A stretch of DNA of 64,000 nt, from NCBI RefSeq assembly GCF_006345805.1, contig NC_043013.1, positions 3,720,001 to 3,784,000 on the forward strand, in the 5' to 3' direction. The DNA comes from Octopus sinensis. Its lineage: Eukaryota. Shown here in pieces: positions 37,421 to 51,657 of the stretch; within the stretch, counting starts at the first letter, position 1, and each line of letters opens with the position of its first letter. The position numbers and the translations under genes were made by a program. Below the pieces are notes generated by a model. That model was not told the DNA's origin and searched no databases. It saw only the letters and a list, made by a program, of their open reading frames with translations.

Positions 37421-38888
37421 GTATATATACACTCCTACTCATACAACACATATTCACAGATAGGCACACACATATTTATATAAATATACACATATATACG
37501 CATATAACAATAGAGGCACGGTTCATTTTTGTTACATGCATTTTTGTTATAAACAATCATTTTTTTTCATTGAAATATTGCGGCAGAAATCTTGCCTCAA
37601 CGGTCGTAGCTGATTTGTACCAACAGGTAACTGTGCTCTCACGAATCTTAGCCCCGCCATATGTGATAGCCACGTAAAATAGTCCTTTCAGTTCAACAGC
37701 CATGTTCCAGTTCTTCTAACTTGATGGAATTTTTTCACGTGAGCCAAAAACAAATAGATAAATGAATAAATCAAGGAAATTTTATATGTCAACTGGGACG
37801 ACATTTCCACACAAATAATGGTGATTTCAACACTGTCTAAAACCATTAGATTCACGAACAGCATGATGGGAAGGCCAGAAAAGTCAACACCAAGCTATAA
37901 ATAACAAGTTATTCGCTCCAACGTTATATTCATCCCTATTTCACCCGAACACTAAAGCGGTGAATTCTCAACATTTCTTTTTCTTCTCTCATAATTTGGC
38001 CAATTAAAAAAAAAGAAAAGCAGAATAAATAGGAGGGAAAATAATAAGGAGGAGGAGGAGGACACTCCCTAAATTATATCTGAACATCCCCACTTGCCTT
38101 AATATTAGATTATATGTGATTTCCAATTAAACTTTGGCTCGGCAGCATTCCGATCTCTTCCCCCTTGCCCGGCGCATCTTGACGATCTGACACTAGTTTA
38201 GAATTGCAGGGGTAATTTTAGGCGTGCTTATATTTCGATGACCTTTCACACGAAATCAAAAAGGTCAAAGTTACTTTTTGTTTAGTGAATTATGGTCGGA
38301 ATTAATGTGATGCTACTGAGAGTATGGAAGCACAGTTAAGAGCAGCACGCCCACAGCCACACCAAAACCACCAACGACCGACGCATCAATATCACATATA
38401 ACTATACATTATTTAAGAAGGAACCATTGTGTCGATTTCGTGTGCTTCTGTAGTTTAATTCTGGTTAAGTAAAGGTGAACAAGAGAATCTACATGCTAGA
38501 TACACAGGATGACCCAAGAAAAAAAAATGTCGAACTGATGATAGTATATCGAAATATTTATACAGACCTACTTGCGTACACGTACACACATACATACGTA
38601 CATATATACACATAGACATATACATACGATTGCAAAGAGGGTGAGGAAAAGAGGGAATATACCCAGGGGAAGGTGGCTAGGTTGAGATAACTATAGATTA
38701 TATATGACAAGATGATAGACAGATAGGATATATTCTGTTGTTTAACCCTCTGTCAATCCAGTTTGAGCAGACCGATGAGCAAAAGCGTTCCAGCTATGAC
38801 CGACTCGTTTTTCATACAATGTATCTACACCTGCTTTATCTGATGAGTTGTTTCTTTGTAAGAAGGGCTTTTAATAATAATAATGATG

Positions 38889-38944
<56 letters not shown>

Positions 38945-39226
38945 TATAATTATTATTATTATTTCTACTCTAGACACAAGGCCTTGAACATTTTTGGGGA
39001 AGTGAGCTAGTCTATTATATCGACTCCAGTGCGTAACTGGTACTTATTTCATCGACCCCGAAAGGATGAAGGGCAAATTCGGCATTCGGCTGAATTTGCA
39101 CTCAGAACGTAAAGACGGACGAAATGCCGCTAAACATTTTGTCCGGCGTGCTAACGATTCTGCCAGCTCGTAGCCTTAACAACAACAACAACAACAACAC
39201 AACAACAACAACAGCAACAGCAGCAG

Positions 39227-39257
<31 letters not shown>

Positions 39258-39280
39258 AATAATAATAATAATAATAATAA

Positions 39281-40892
39281 GAGAAGGCCACTTTCCAGAA
39301 AGGGAAAGTGAAGACCACAAATTCAGTCGTGTTAGATGTTGACACAGTCATAAGAGAGCTTGAGCAAGAACAAACATACAAATATTTAGGGATAAATGAA
39401 GGCTCTGGTATTCAGCATGCAAGCATGAAAGAGAAAATCAGGAAGGAATGTTATAGGAGAGTTCGTGCAGTCCTGAAATCTGAACTAAATGCACGTAACA
39501 AGGTGTTAGCTATAAATTCCTTAGCAGTTCCAGTTGTTACTTATAGCTACAATGTGTTGAACTGGAATATGAGTGAAGTAAAGAATATAGATAGGAAAAT
39601 ACGCAAGCTGCTGAGTTGTAATAGGATGCACTACCCAAAGGCAGACGTAGATCGCCTTTACCTTCCCAGAGCCCAAGGAGGTCGAGGCCTGATCCAATTT
39701 GAACTAGCTTACAAAACAACCACAATTGGACTGGCCAAATATCTCGAAATATCGAATGACTGGATGCTAAAGCTCGTGGAACATTACGAGAGACGAAAGA
39801 AGCTTCATTCTATCATAAAGGAAAGCAAAAAATTTGCTATTGATCTCGTGCAGGATACCCAAACTGAACAACCCGAGGGAAGTACGGCAACTATTGTTGC
39901 AAAGAAGGTGAAAATGATGGCAATGAAAAAAGCGCACGAGCAATTGGCTGATAGGTGGGAGGAGAAACCTCTGCACGGCAAATATGTGACCCGCAGCAAA
40001 CAAGCTGATGTTGACCAGAAGCAAACCCATCAGTGGCTACGGAGCTCAGGGCTAAAAGCAGAGAACGAAGGTTTCATCCTGGCTGCTCAAGATCAAAGCC
40101 TATTAACCCGGAACTACCAGGCCAATGTGATGAAAAATGGAGCAGACCCAAAATGCCGATTCTGCAACGACATGATTGAAACAGTGGACCACCTAATCTC
40201 TGGATGTAAAGTCTTAGCACCAGTGGAGTATAAATTAAGACATGACAGAGTTGGCCAATATCTCCACTGGCTAATAAGTCGGCATTACAATATCAAAACT
40301 GCCGACAAGTGGTATAATCACCACCCTGAGGCTGTAACTGAAGGAGAAAATGTAACCATTCTGTGGGACTTTCCAGTACATACAGACCGAACCATCAAGG
40401 CCAATAAACCAGATATTGTTGTGAAAGACCAAAACAATAAAGTTTGCTTATTGATCGACATGAGCATCCCCTGTGATCATAATATCTCAGCGAAAGAGTT
40501 TGACAAGCTCAGAAAATATAAAGACCTACTCATTGAAATTGAGAAAATGTGGCATCTCAAGGCGGTTACAATACCAGTGATCGTAGGAGCACTAGGAATG
40601 ATCAAGAAGGGAACCGAAAATTATATGAGAATGATCCCTGGCTTACCATCCCTGCAAGAAGTGCAAAAGATTGTCTTAACTGGTACATCACACGTATTGA
40701 GAAGAGCATTGTCGATGTGAGAACTGTTGCTGCTCATGTATTTTAATTTAACTTAAAAAAAAAAAAAAAAATGAACGAACTATTGAGTTTGGTTTAATGG
40801 CCTACCAATGTATACTATGAGTTTCTTTGCCCTAGGAGTCGGGAAGACACTCGGCAAGAAATGGAAGCAAATTTGAAAGAAGAAAAAAAAAG
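39281..40892 (+). mobile_element. 5'-truncated R4/Dong-type LINE with uninterrupted 470-aa ORF (39308-40720)
   Basis: YKYLGI, DRLYLPRAQGGRGL, CRFC..ETVDHLISGC zinc knuckle, RHD, KPDIV..DMSIP..K..KYKDL RLE, VIVGALG. Flanked by (AAT)n on both sides. Confidence 0.95.
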
Positions 40893-41212
40893 TAATAATA
40901 ATAATAATCTTTTCTACTATAGACACAAGACCTGAAATTTAGGGGAGGAGAACAGTCGATTACATCGACCTCAGTACACAACTAGTACTTATTTTATCGA
41001 CCCCGAAAGGATGAAAGGCAAAGTCGACCTCGGCGGAATTTGAACTCAGAACGTAGCGGCAGACGAAATACCTGCAAGCATTTCGCCCGGCGTGCTGACG
41101 TTTCTGCCAGCTCGCCGCCTTAACAACAACAACAATAATAATAATAGATGGTTCGCATCTAAGGTTACGTGTAGCCCGATTTTAAGAATTTTTTCCAAGT
41201 CTAAACATTAAC

Positions 41213-41515
41213 TCTTCCTCCTCCTCCTCCTTCCTTTCTCCTCCTCCTCCTCCTCCCATCCACCCTTCCTCCCCCTCCCCTCCCTCCCCTCCCTCCCCCC
41301 TCCTCTTATCTCCTCCTCTCATGCCCCTCCACTCCCCCTCCCCCTCCTCCCCTCCATCTCTTCCTCTCATCCCCTCCTCCACCACCACTACCACCTCCTC
41401 CTTCCGCCCTCCCCCTTTCCCCCTCTTCCCCTCATCATCCCCCGTCCGCCCCCTCCCTCCTTCCTCCTCCTCCGTCCGCCTCCCTCCCTTCTTCCTCCTT
41501 CTCCATTCCTCCCCC
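41213..41515. repeat. Polypyrimidine (CT-rich) low-complexity tract
   Basis: About 300 nt of almost pure C/T with many C runs. Confidence 0.9.
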
Positions 41516-41964
41516 TCGTACAACAACAACTACTACTACTACTACTGGTTTCAAATGTTGGCACAAGGCCAGGAATTTCGGGGAGAAGGTAGTAAATTGA
41601 TTGAATATGAAATCGATCTCAGTGCTCAACTGGCAACTTCTTTTATTGACCCCGGAAGGGATTTAAACTCAGCAAATAAATAATGGCGGATTAAATACCG
41701 CTAAACATTTCGTCCGGCGTGCAAATGGTTCCGCCATCCCGCCGCCTTATTCCTTTTACTATAGGCACAAAGCCTGAAATTTGTGGGGAGGGGGTGCCAA
41801 TCGATTTCATTGACGCCGGTACTCAACTAGTATTTATCGATCACGAAAGGATGTGAAGCTAAGTCGGACCTTGGCGGAATTTGAATTCCGAGCGTAATGA
41901 GTCAGAAGAATGCCACGAAACATTTTGATCGACGCACTAACGACTCTACCAGCTCTCTCTCTCT

Positions 41965-42415
41965 CTCTCTCTATCTCTTTTACTTGTTTCAGTCATTTGA
42001 CTGCGGTCATTCTGGAGCACTACCTTTAATCGAGCAACTCGACCCCGGGATTTATTCTTTGTAAGCCCAGTACTTATTCTATCGGTCTCTTTTTTGCCGA
42101 ACCGCTAAGTGACGGGGACATAAAAACACCAGCATCGGTTGTCAAGCAATGCTAAGGGGAGAAACACAGACACACGCACACACACGCACACACACGCACA
42201 CACACGCACACACACGCACACACACGCACACACACATATATATACATATATACGACGGGCTTCTTTCAGTTTCCGTCTACCAAATCCACTCACAAGGCTT
42301 TGGTCGGCCTGAGGCTATAGTAGAAGACACTTGCCCAAGGTGCCACGCAGTTGGACTGAACCCAGAACCATGTGGTTGGTAAGCAAGCTACTTACCACAC
42401 AGCCACTCCTGCGCC
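41965..42415 (-). mobile_element. SINE family 1
   Basis: Full length, with internal (CACACACG)n-type repeat. Confidence 0.92.
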
Positions 42416-42661
42416 TCTACCTTTAATATTAATAATAATGGTTTCAAATTTTGACACAAGACCAGCAGCTTCGGGGAAGGGGGTAAGTCGATTACATTGA
42501 CCCCAGTGTTCAGCTGGTGCTTATTTCATTGACCACCGAAAGAATGAAAGGTAAAAATCGACCTCAGCGGAAATTAAACTCAGAACGTAGAGGAAAACGA
42601 AATGCCGCTAAGCATTTTGTCCGGCGTGCAAAAACAATTGTGTCTGCTCGCCTTCTTTTCA

Positions 42662-42747
<86 letters not shown>

Positions 42748-42915
42748 CCTTTCCACTAAAGGCACCAGGCCTGAAATTTTGGAGGAAGGGACTAGTCGAT
42801 TACATCGACCCCAGTGTTTCACTGGTACTTAATTTATCGACCCAAAAGGATAGAAGGCAAAGTCGACCTCGTCAGAAGTTGAACTCAGAACGTAAAGACA
42901 GACGAAATGCCGCCG

Positions 42916-43235
42916 GGATGAGAAGGAAACAGAAAAGAGCGAGAAAAAGAGTGAGAAATGCCAGCCACTGCGGGACGACATAGGAAAGTTATGGGACACG
43001 AGGAAAGTACTGGTGATACCGGTGGTAACCGGAGCTTTAAGAGCAGTTTCCAAGAGCTTTGAAAAACATATTGCGAATATTGGAACTGCTTTCAGGCTCG
43101 AAGTGATCCAGAAGACAGCATTGTTGGGTGGTACAGAACGCATTCTAAGGAGAGAGACTCTATTTGAAACATTTGGTGATTTGTTATTGACTGCTTTCAA
43201 GTACAGAACAACCGCAAATAGAACAGCAATAATCA
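42916..43235 (+). mobile_element. R4/Dong-type LINE extreme 3' fragment
   Basis: LWDTRKVLVIPVVTGALRAVSK...IQKTALLG.ERILRR, followed by (AAC)n. Confidence 0.8.
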
Positions 43236-43316
<81 letters not shown>

Positions 43317-44885
43317 CAACAACAACAACAACAGGCAGTACCAGGCAGTGGCGCTCTCATGGCTTCTGATCTTAACTGATTGGAAGTGTTATCATGTACA
43401 TTGTTTTGTCTTGGTATAAAAGATGGGCTACAGCAAATATTCAGATGGTCCGTATCCTGAAATTCAGATCTTTCCGAAAAAACACTGCTAATCCACCTAG
43501 CAACCCTGGCGACTTGGAGATGAGTTCACCTCATAGCTGTCAAAAACATGCGCAAAATATTGTGATCAGGAAATTCTGGTCTCACTGATGATTACTACAT
43601 CTATATCAAATGATCTGAGACCGCTGAGCAAATGGTCTTGCTTCCAAGGAGCCTCAAGCCATTTACATTTACACTAACTTCTGCGAGTAAAGTCTTGTTG
43701 ACTAAAAAGGTGAACGTGAAAGAAGTTACTGTCTTTATTCTCGTGGAAAGACAGTATTTCCTCCTGGCTAGTTGTGAATGTTTCTTGAGGTAACTCTTTG
43801 TACAGTTCTTTATTTATTCTACTTCGGAGAGCCCTTACATTTTGGGTGAATCTTGAGTAGTTCCTTTGATGAGTATGTGAGGTAGTATATCGTAGTATGC
43901 TGTTGGCTTTCGTTTGTTACATCAGTTTTTATTTATATCTCCGAGGTTTGTAATGTTTTCAGAGTACATTGCTGGATGTTGTTGCTGTTATCGTTGGTCT
44001 TTTCCTTTGCTGTTGTGTCAGTGGTGCCTGTGGTCGTAGTGATGTGGGTATGTCGCTGACTGGTGGAATCAATGCCTCCTCAACGACCCTACTCTGTCTT
44101 GTGTCGTCTTGTGTTCTTTGACATTTCGGTTCTTTTCTTGATGGCTTTTTTCTTTGTTTCTTTCATGTTTCATTTTCGTTGCTGGTCATTCTCGTGAGAA
44201 TCGCGGGATGGACGTGAGGAAGGAAAAGTATTAATTTTGGACTTTAGTAATTTGCCTTATTGTTGGTGCTTTTATTGCTTTTTTTTGTGGTGTTTGTTGA
44301 TGACGTTGGTGGTGTTGTTGCTATTGGTGTTGCTGCTGTTGGTTTCTATTGTTTTTGCTGCTGCTGAAGTTGCTGCTATTGCTGATATCACTGTGTTGTT
44401 GTTGTGCCTGCGGCTGTGGATGATGTTGCTGCTGCTGTGGATGATGTTGCTGCTGCTGGCATTGTTGATGTTGTTCTGTGGAGGTATCGGTTGCAGTGTT
44501 TTTATACATGGCTGTTTAGAGCAAAAGCTCTGAGGTAGTTGTGGTCACCACCCATGTGATATCTGGTCATTCTACCCTCCACCACCACCACAAACAATTA
44601 TGTGCCATTGACTGCTTTATTTTTGCCTCTTGATCTGTTTGGATTAGGAGAGCCATTCTCTGGCCTGTTCGGTTTTCTTTACGTAGCTTGTGGACTTCAA
44701 AGATGGATGTTTTTGACTCGATGTCAATCAAGTCAGACTCCACCAATCAATAGATGTTGATTTCTGGTGGAGCAGCGACCACTCTTAATTTGACCAGTCA
44801 CAAATATTACTTCCACCGTGCAAAACTTTCCACCTCTGACTATGTAAGGTTCTGAGGCCCCAGGTTAACTCCAGGCACCTTTCTC

Positions 44886-45627
44886 TCAGGTTGCAATGGA
44901 ACTTCTGTTCGTGTCTTTATAGTAAATATAGAGTTAGATTTAAAGGTGTTTAACTTCTCAGTTCTATTTGAAAGACGACGAAATCATTAATATATAATTT
45001 TCTTTAATTTTCTTTCAGATTTTGTCAATTTCATCATAACAGAAGTTTTTGTATTGGCCTCCATGTTTAGTTCAAGCAAAGAACTTATTCGTCAAGTTAT
45101 TCTTAATGAATATCAAGAAGGGAAAGTGCAAGTATAGCAGAAAAAAATCACTCCAAAACACTTATGGCGATGGGTTGTGACTGAAAAAACGTACAGAAGA
45201 TGGTTTTCACGATTCAGAAACATCATGAAACAAGAGAAGGGCTCCCAAGAGGGTTGAATCCTGAAGCCACAGTTGAAGTAAGTCAGACTGCTACAGTTCA
45301 GGAACTAAGCATGGGCTTCAACGTGAGCTATACCACCATTCATCGTGAATTGAAAAGGCGATTTCGTGAACTGCAAAACCTCTTTTTTGGAATAACTCAT
45401 TCCTGGAGATGAAATTTTGAAGAGAAGTCGAAAAGGGATTAATTTTCTTTTGACTTCTAAACCTAAGAAATTTTATGAACGTGGTACTAAAAAGCTCATT
45501 GACAGATGGAAAGAAGTCATAGAGAAAAATGTTGACCATATTAAGGATTAAATAATCAGATATTGTTTTTTTTATTGTTTTAACGAGTTTTAAAAAACAA
45601 ACGGACAGAACTTTCATTACAACCTGA
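44886..45627 (+). mobile_element. Internally deleted mariner
   Basis: TIRs tcaggttgcaatggaacttctgttcgt / acggacagaactttcattacaacctga, with transposase remnants including GTKKLIDRWKEVIE. Confidence 0.8.
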
Positions 45628-47777
45628 TATTTAGACGTGAATTGCTCGCTCCATCGCCTGGTTTTCATGCCCATGTCTCTGCATATAATTTTATTTTCCG
45701 GCGATGGTGGTGGTGGTGATGGTGGCACCATCGAGGCAAGTTGAGTGGGTGGAGATGGCGAATGCATACATTGTCTGCATATAACAGCGTGACTGTGCAT
45801 TGACGCACGTTACGTTTGACCTTACTGGAAAGTTTATTCTTTCGCTTCTTATGAGTTTAGCTAGTCACAAAGTTCATGTGTTGCTATAATACACTCCAGG
45901 GCTTCCCGGTCGGTGAGCTACAGTGATCATCTCTTGTTTGATGTACCTGTTTGATGGAGCTAAAATCCTGTGTCAAGTGATGATGGAAGTAGGGCATCTG
46001 GCATCTGGAATGCTGGTAGATGCTGGTCAAACAGTAACCTCCGTCCTCTCCTGTTGATAATTTTCAGGTTGGGTACGACGAACGAGGTCCAAAATGTTTT
46101 CGGTCTGCTACCAGACATGGCAGTATGCTTGTGCATTCATTTAAATATGAATTAGAATGAATGATTGAATGAAGGACTAAATGCCTGACTGTCTTTAGTT
46201 GTAGATTCTTACATTCCTAATTCAAATTCCGCCAGTGTTAACTTTTTTAATCCTCAGTGTGGAAGGCAGTTGTCAAAGATTGGACTCGATTCGATCGGAT
46301 ACATCATTCGCGTACAAATTTGAGTTTTGTGCCAACAAATCTTTCTTATGTATAGTCTCCTGTATTCAATAAGAGATGTGAAATGTAATCGACCCAGTCG
46401 TGCAACAAAAACAAGCGGCCGATATCGCTCTCTGAAATTTAACCTTTTCTCTAAAGAATATTAATTTTTTTCCAAGACCCCACAAACAGAAAAATGATTT
46501 TTCGTTTTGTTCACATCTCTTAAAATGAATTAGAGGTGTAAATCTGCATTTGAAATCATAATGTATACTCGACTGATTAAGACCTGCTCAATACTGAACG
46601 CCATATCGAGAAATTTTGTTTCTCATCACTCAAAATGCTCTCATACTTTTGACTGCGCAGAATGGTCTAAATGAAGCGAGGATTTGAGATCGTATATCAT
46701 TAACATTTTCATTTCTAAAGTCATTTAAATGCATTTGCAAAATAAATTTACATTAACTGAAAATAGAAACCACATCGCCTTTTCTACATCCAAGTATTTT
46801 ACCTCTTGCATTATGTCGTTTGGCACATTACTGAATAAGAATTATTGATTTCAAGTGAGTTTTTCTCTCGCTTGGCGTCTGTTGGGGGGAAGGGTACGGA
46901 TGGGTGTGGATTGATGTCTGCAGATATCAGCGATGGGCTGGCGGAGACTACAGTTTCAGGGTAGTGATGGTGGTAGGGAGTTGTATTGGTAGACGGAACG
47001 ATGAGGCGATGGTGAAGATCGTGGGATTAATATGGGGAAGTGGATAAGTGGTAATAGTGATGATGGGAGTAGTGACAAGCATGGTGCAGTAGTGGTCCGG
47101 TGCTGATGTCAGGGCGTGGTTAGTTGCAGCTGACAAGTTGCCGGCATTTTGACGTTGCACAAACATGGCAATGCAACACTTTAAGAGCAAAAGGTCAACT
47201 GCAAATAAAAGGTCATACACATTCATACACACATCATGTGTGCGCACGCGCGTACACACACACACACACACACACGCACGCACGCACACGTACTTTAATA
47301 TATAAATGTAATTATATATATATATATATGTGTGTGTATATATATATATGTAGATATGTACAAATATTTACGCGTAGCTATGTGCATGCCTAGCCAAATA
47401 GTTAATCGCTTCGCAATTATGCAGCTCGGGTTCGATCCTGCTGTGTAACAACCAGAGAAAGCGCTTTCTGTCTTATCCTTGGATCGACTCATGCCTTGTG
47501 TTTGTAGAAAGTGTGACTATCACATCGCCTGTGCTAGTAAACCAAGGGGCCGGCCTTGACATATTATGTCACTTTAATCTCGATTCTATGCATTAAGGCT
47601 ACAAGCGTCCTTGGAAGACTCTGTCAGTAGAAACTAAACGCCAAATCCATTCTTGTTCTGTACCCGTTTATTTAGAAGGGTTTTACCATCAAGGTAGAAT
47701 ACATTCATACAAAACGTACAGACATCATCTAAGACAATGAGTTAAAATGAGAACACGCAAACACATATACAGTCATA

Positions 47778-47830
<53 letters not shown>

Positions 47831-50663
47831 ACACAAATGCACAATGTATGCGTGCACGCAACTGATTAAAGATAGTATCAGATGACTGATGAGTTAAGAT
47901 TTAATGGAATTAACAGCATTTGCCACAGACAGACTCGGCAAACGGTTAGCGATACGAGTATGTTTCCAAGCAAGAAGACTTTATAATTATAGGAATAGAA
48001 AAAAAAATAATGTTGTAAAGTCCATTGTTTTACTGCTTAGTTTGGGATGGAAGGGCAACAACGTCTGAGTTGAGTGTGAGGAAGAGAGGAAGTTAAAATC
48101 AAACCGGAGGTCTGGCTCAAATACTCATAACAGAGTGGACTTTGCGAAAGAACCAGATTTCTGAAGTGTACGACTGAAATGCAATGAAGCGCTTTCGACC
48201 AGAAGCGAAAACTAAATCGTCTTCCAATTTGAATTCCAATAAATAATGCTGCTCAAGTTTTCTGCCGTAGATATTTACGGATCAGTTATGATGTCTTTGA
48301 TATCTCCTTCTTTGATTAACTGTTTTGTCATTAAAAGGAATTGACAAATTAGTAAATGATTACAATCATACGGGTTACAAGCCTGATATGTTTATGTAAA
48401 CATCTTCTAAGCATGTTTGTGCAGATGCAAACTGTGCTGATTAACTTAAAAAGCGCTGAAATATGAGCAAAAAATTAAGTGTCAACATAAAGTAGCAAAC
48501 ACAGGAGTTCAGTTTGAAATTCCTGGGTCCCAAAATTATCAATCATTGAGTTATCGATGTATTCAAACACTCACATATAAAATGATATTGATATGCAGGA
48601 TTATACTAAATATGCGACCTAATCGTTCATATACTTTGAGAAGAGTTTAATTTCTCTAGTTTTCGAATGATTTTATCTGTAAGTACATTCACTCTTGTAT
48701 CTGCTAGTTCGGAATTATGTTAATTTACAACTGTGTTCATTTGCAGAGCAGGTAGAAGCTCACTGACACCTTAATTAGTTTTAAAGGTACACAAAATATG
48801 ATATATTGATATAACAGTGTTGAGAAGTAATACTACATTGCGAATATCTCAGCAGATTTGAACCTAAACAAAGGATGGAATAACTTTAAAAATTACATGG
48901 ATAACATCCCATGCAGTTGTATAAAGATTAGAATGAGAAAATTCGACCATTCCTCAACATTAGACTCACAGAACATGGGAAAGCTCTAAACCAAAATCAA
49001 GAATAGCTGAACTTGTGCGGTTTGAAATTATGACTTTATTTACAGAATTTCCATTACTTATAAAGAAGCGTCATGGAAACCATGGTAGAGATCCAATACT
49101 CATAGCATTAACAGAGAAACCAAATCCTTTTGTCTAATTGAACCCAGTTAAGTTTAACATGACCCCCGTTATTGAAAATGAGCTTAAATATATCTCATAA
49201 GTATTAATAGTCAAAGATTCATACATATATATATATATATTATCTGAAAATGGTCGTTGAAATGGCTCCTTCAGTGAGAAATATTCAAGGGCACTTTCAA
49301 ATTCTGAAACTTCTACATGATAGGTTAAAACAATAAATGAGAAAGTTATGAAGATCAAAACTCTATAAATCCCTAAAAAAATCTCTAAAATTTTAAGAAA
49401 AGAGAGGAATATGACGTAATAAAATATAATATATTTCATAAAACAAGATTAACCATTTAAATATAACCAATTGCACTTCAGTGCACACACTATAAGCTTA
49501 GGTGATAGATCTACAGATAGCTGTCAATCGAAAATACCTACTGAAAATGTTTGTCTGTGAAGAATAATGCTTTTCATTCAAGTTTGTTAAAAGAGACAGC
49601 AAGAAATACCACCATTTCTTCTTGCCTCATTTCCCACTCAATTTTCTATTTCTACCGTTCTCATAACGCATCGACAGCAGGATTTGAATCGCTTGCTTAG
49701 ATGACTAAAGCAGGCTGATTTTGAGAAGCATTCCAACAGACAAAATCCCCATTTGCAAACCTTTTTTTTTTTTATTTCTATGCAACATTGCAGAATTTCG
49801 ACAAAATTCAGCCTACCTGTCTCATCTCTAAATGTAAGTGAAAATCCTATTTCTTCCAAAAAAGTGACCGGTCATTCTCAAACAAGGTTCTATCTTCACC
49901 AAACTCCTTAAACCCTCTTTCTGCCGTGGTATTTTCTCAAATATCCGGTACTATGCCCATTCCTATGGACGGCAATCTCTCAGACTTGCCGCATACCAAT
50001 CCATCTTCCTAATCTGAAAGTGATGGAAACATTCAAAGATAAAACTCACTGTTTTACTAATTCCAGTCTGTTTCTCTTATCAGTGAGCCGATATAGTTTC
50101 CTGAGATCCAGACCAATCGGATATTGTCTCTTCTTACGCATCACACTGGTGGTCTCTCTACCTTGATAACTGCGGTGAAAACAATATTGGTACCATTAAC
50201 ATCAGCAATGTCTTCGATTACATTTGCTATGAGTAACTCTTAAATAAGTAGTCATTACAATTTATTGTCCCCGAAAGACACCGAATCACAGTCACAACAT
50301 TTATCGAAGAAACGACGCACGTTGTATCTTTTCGACGCGATCACCTCCACAGTTTATATATTGACAAAAGCACTTCATTCTTAGCCAAATTTGAACGTCG
50401 CTCGAAACATTAGGATCAAGCTTTTACTCTCAGAACACTTCAATCTTTTATTTCTTTTTTCTCTAATCACATTTCACTTCAGACATCAACGTGAAGCAGT
50501 TCAAAATGGACGTTAACATCGACGATCTTATTAGTCAGAGAAAGCTAGCGAAGGAAATAGAATTAGTGTCTATTCGCCTGAAACCAAATATTTCTGCACA
50601 CATACACCAAGCATACACAAACACACGCACGCACACACACACACACATACATACACATACACG

Positions 50664-50699
<36 letters not shown>

Positions 50700-50857
50700 C
50701 ATACTTACAAACATATGTATACAATTGATTTTACAAAGGTAGAGTGTAAAAGTTAACTTATGGTGTTTATATCACTTCGTGCAGTAACAAAAAGTGCCAT
50801 CAACATTGCGTTGTTGTCGGCTGTTTCTTATGATCGAGAAGTTTAATTTTTCCCTTT

Positions 50858-51165
50858 AAATCCTTAAATCCTTAAAAATGTTTCAGCCCGAAGGCTGCAG
50901 CCATGCTGGAGCACCACCGTTGAAATGAGATACACTAGTATGTGAAACCACCTCTGATACGTGGCACTTGATCAACAAGGGAGTTCGATGCCGTTGCCCG
51001 CATCTGTGTTTCCTGCCGAGAGGTAGGTTCATCTGGGACCCCCGACAAGAAGTGATCCAGTTTAGTTTTAAAGAAACCCACATCCACACCGTGTAAGTCT
51101 CTCAGGAATTTAGGGAGGATATTGAAGAGCTGTGGTCCTCTGAAACCCAGGCTGTTGTAAAGAAA
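50858..51165 (-). mobile_element. CR1/L2-group LINE 3' end with conserved tail
   Basis: Minus strand NSLGFRGPQLFNILPKFLRDLHGVDVGFFKTKLDHFLSGVPDEP...ASNSLVDQ...*, then ggtggtgctccagcatggctgcagccttcgggctgaaac and (TAAGGATT)-like terminal repeats. Confidence 0.85.
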
Positions 51166-51589
51166 TAACAGGAAAAAATGGCAGTAGTGTGGATTTGATA
51201 AGGGTGCCTCTTAACTTGCCACACATGATCCACAGACTTTACTTTAAGAACCATTCTCTCTCTGGCACATGTAACATGAGACAAGCTGTGTCAATTGTTG
51301 AAACTGTACCGGAATCCCACTGAAACAGCTTTTACCTCGAGTGTCACCGTCTTAGCGAATATGCTTGGCGGCGACCTCCTCTGGCGGTTCAAGTGTTGTT
51401 TACACCAATCATTGATGTTTGTTTCTTCATCCGCATGCTGTATCGTTGAAATTTTGAAGAGGAATTGGTCGCATCCAGTCTGGGTCTTTTTTTTTCTACT
51501 TTATTGGCATGGGTGACCCCAACAGCATCGCTCTCACTGTCATTGGACAACACAAGCCTTATACCACAAGGAACTACAATCAGTACTGC

Positions 51590-51657
<68 letters not shown>

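Larger units (their letters stand above)
38962..42915 (-). mobile_element. Cluster of six SINE family 2 copies interleaved with (AAT)n/(AAC)n
   Basis: Copies at ~38962-39177, 40909-41120, 41545-41748, 41750-41953, 42440-42655 and 42748-42915, all on the minus strand. Head aaggcggcgagctggcaga...gagttcaaattcc. Confidence 0.85.

Noticed and set aside
43690-44200. Possible Penelope ORF and degenerate hammerhead (gaaatgtc) on the minus strand
   Set aside because: No diagnostic protein motif recovered and the ribozyme core is too degraded.
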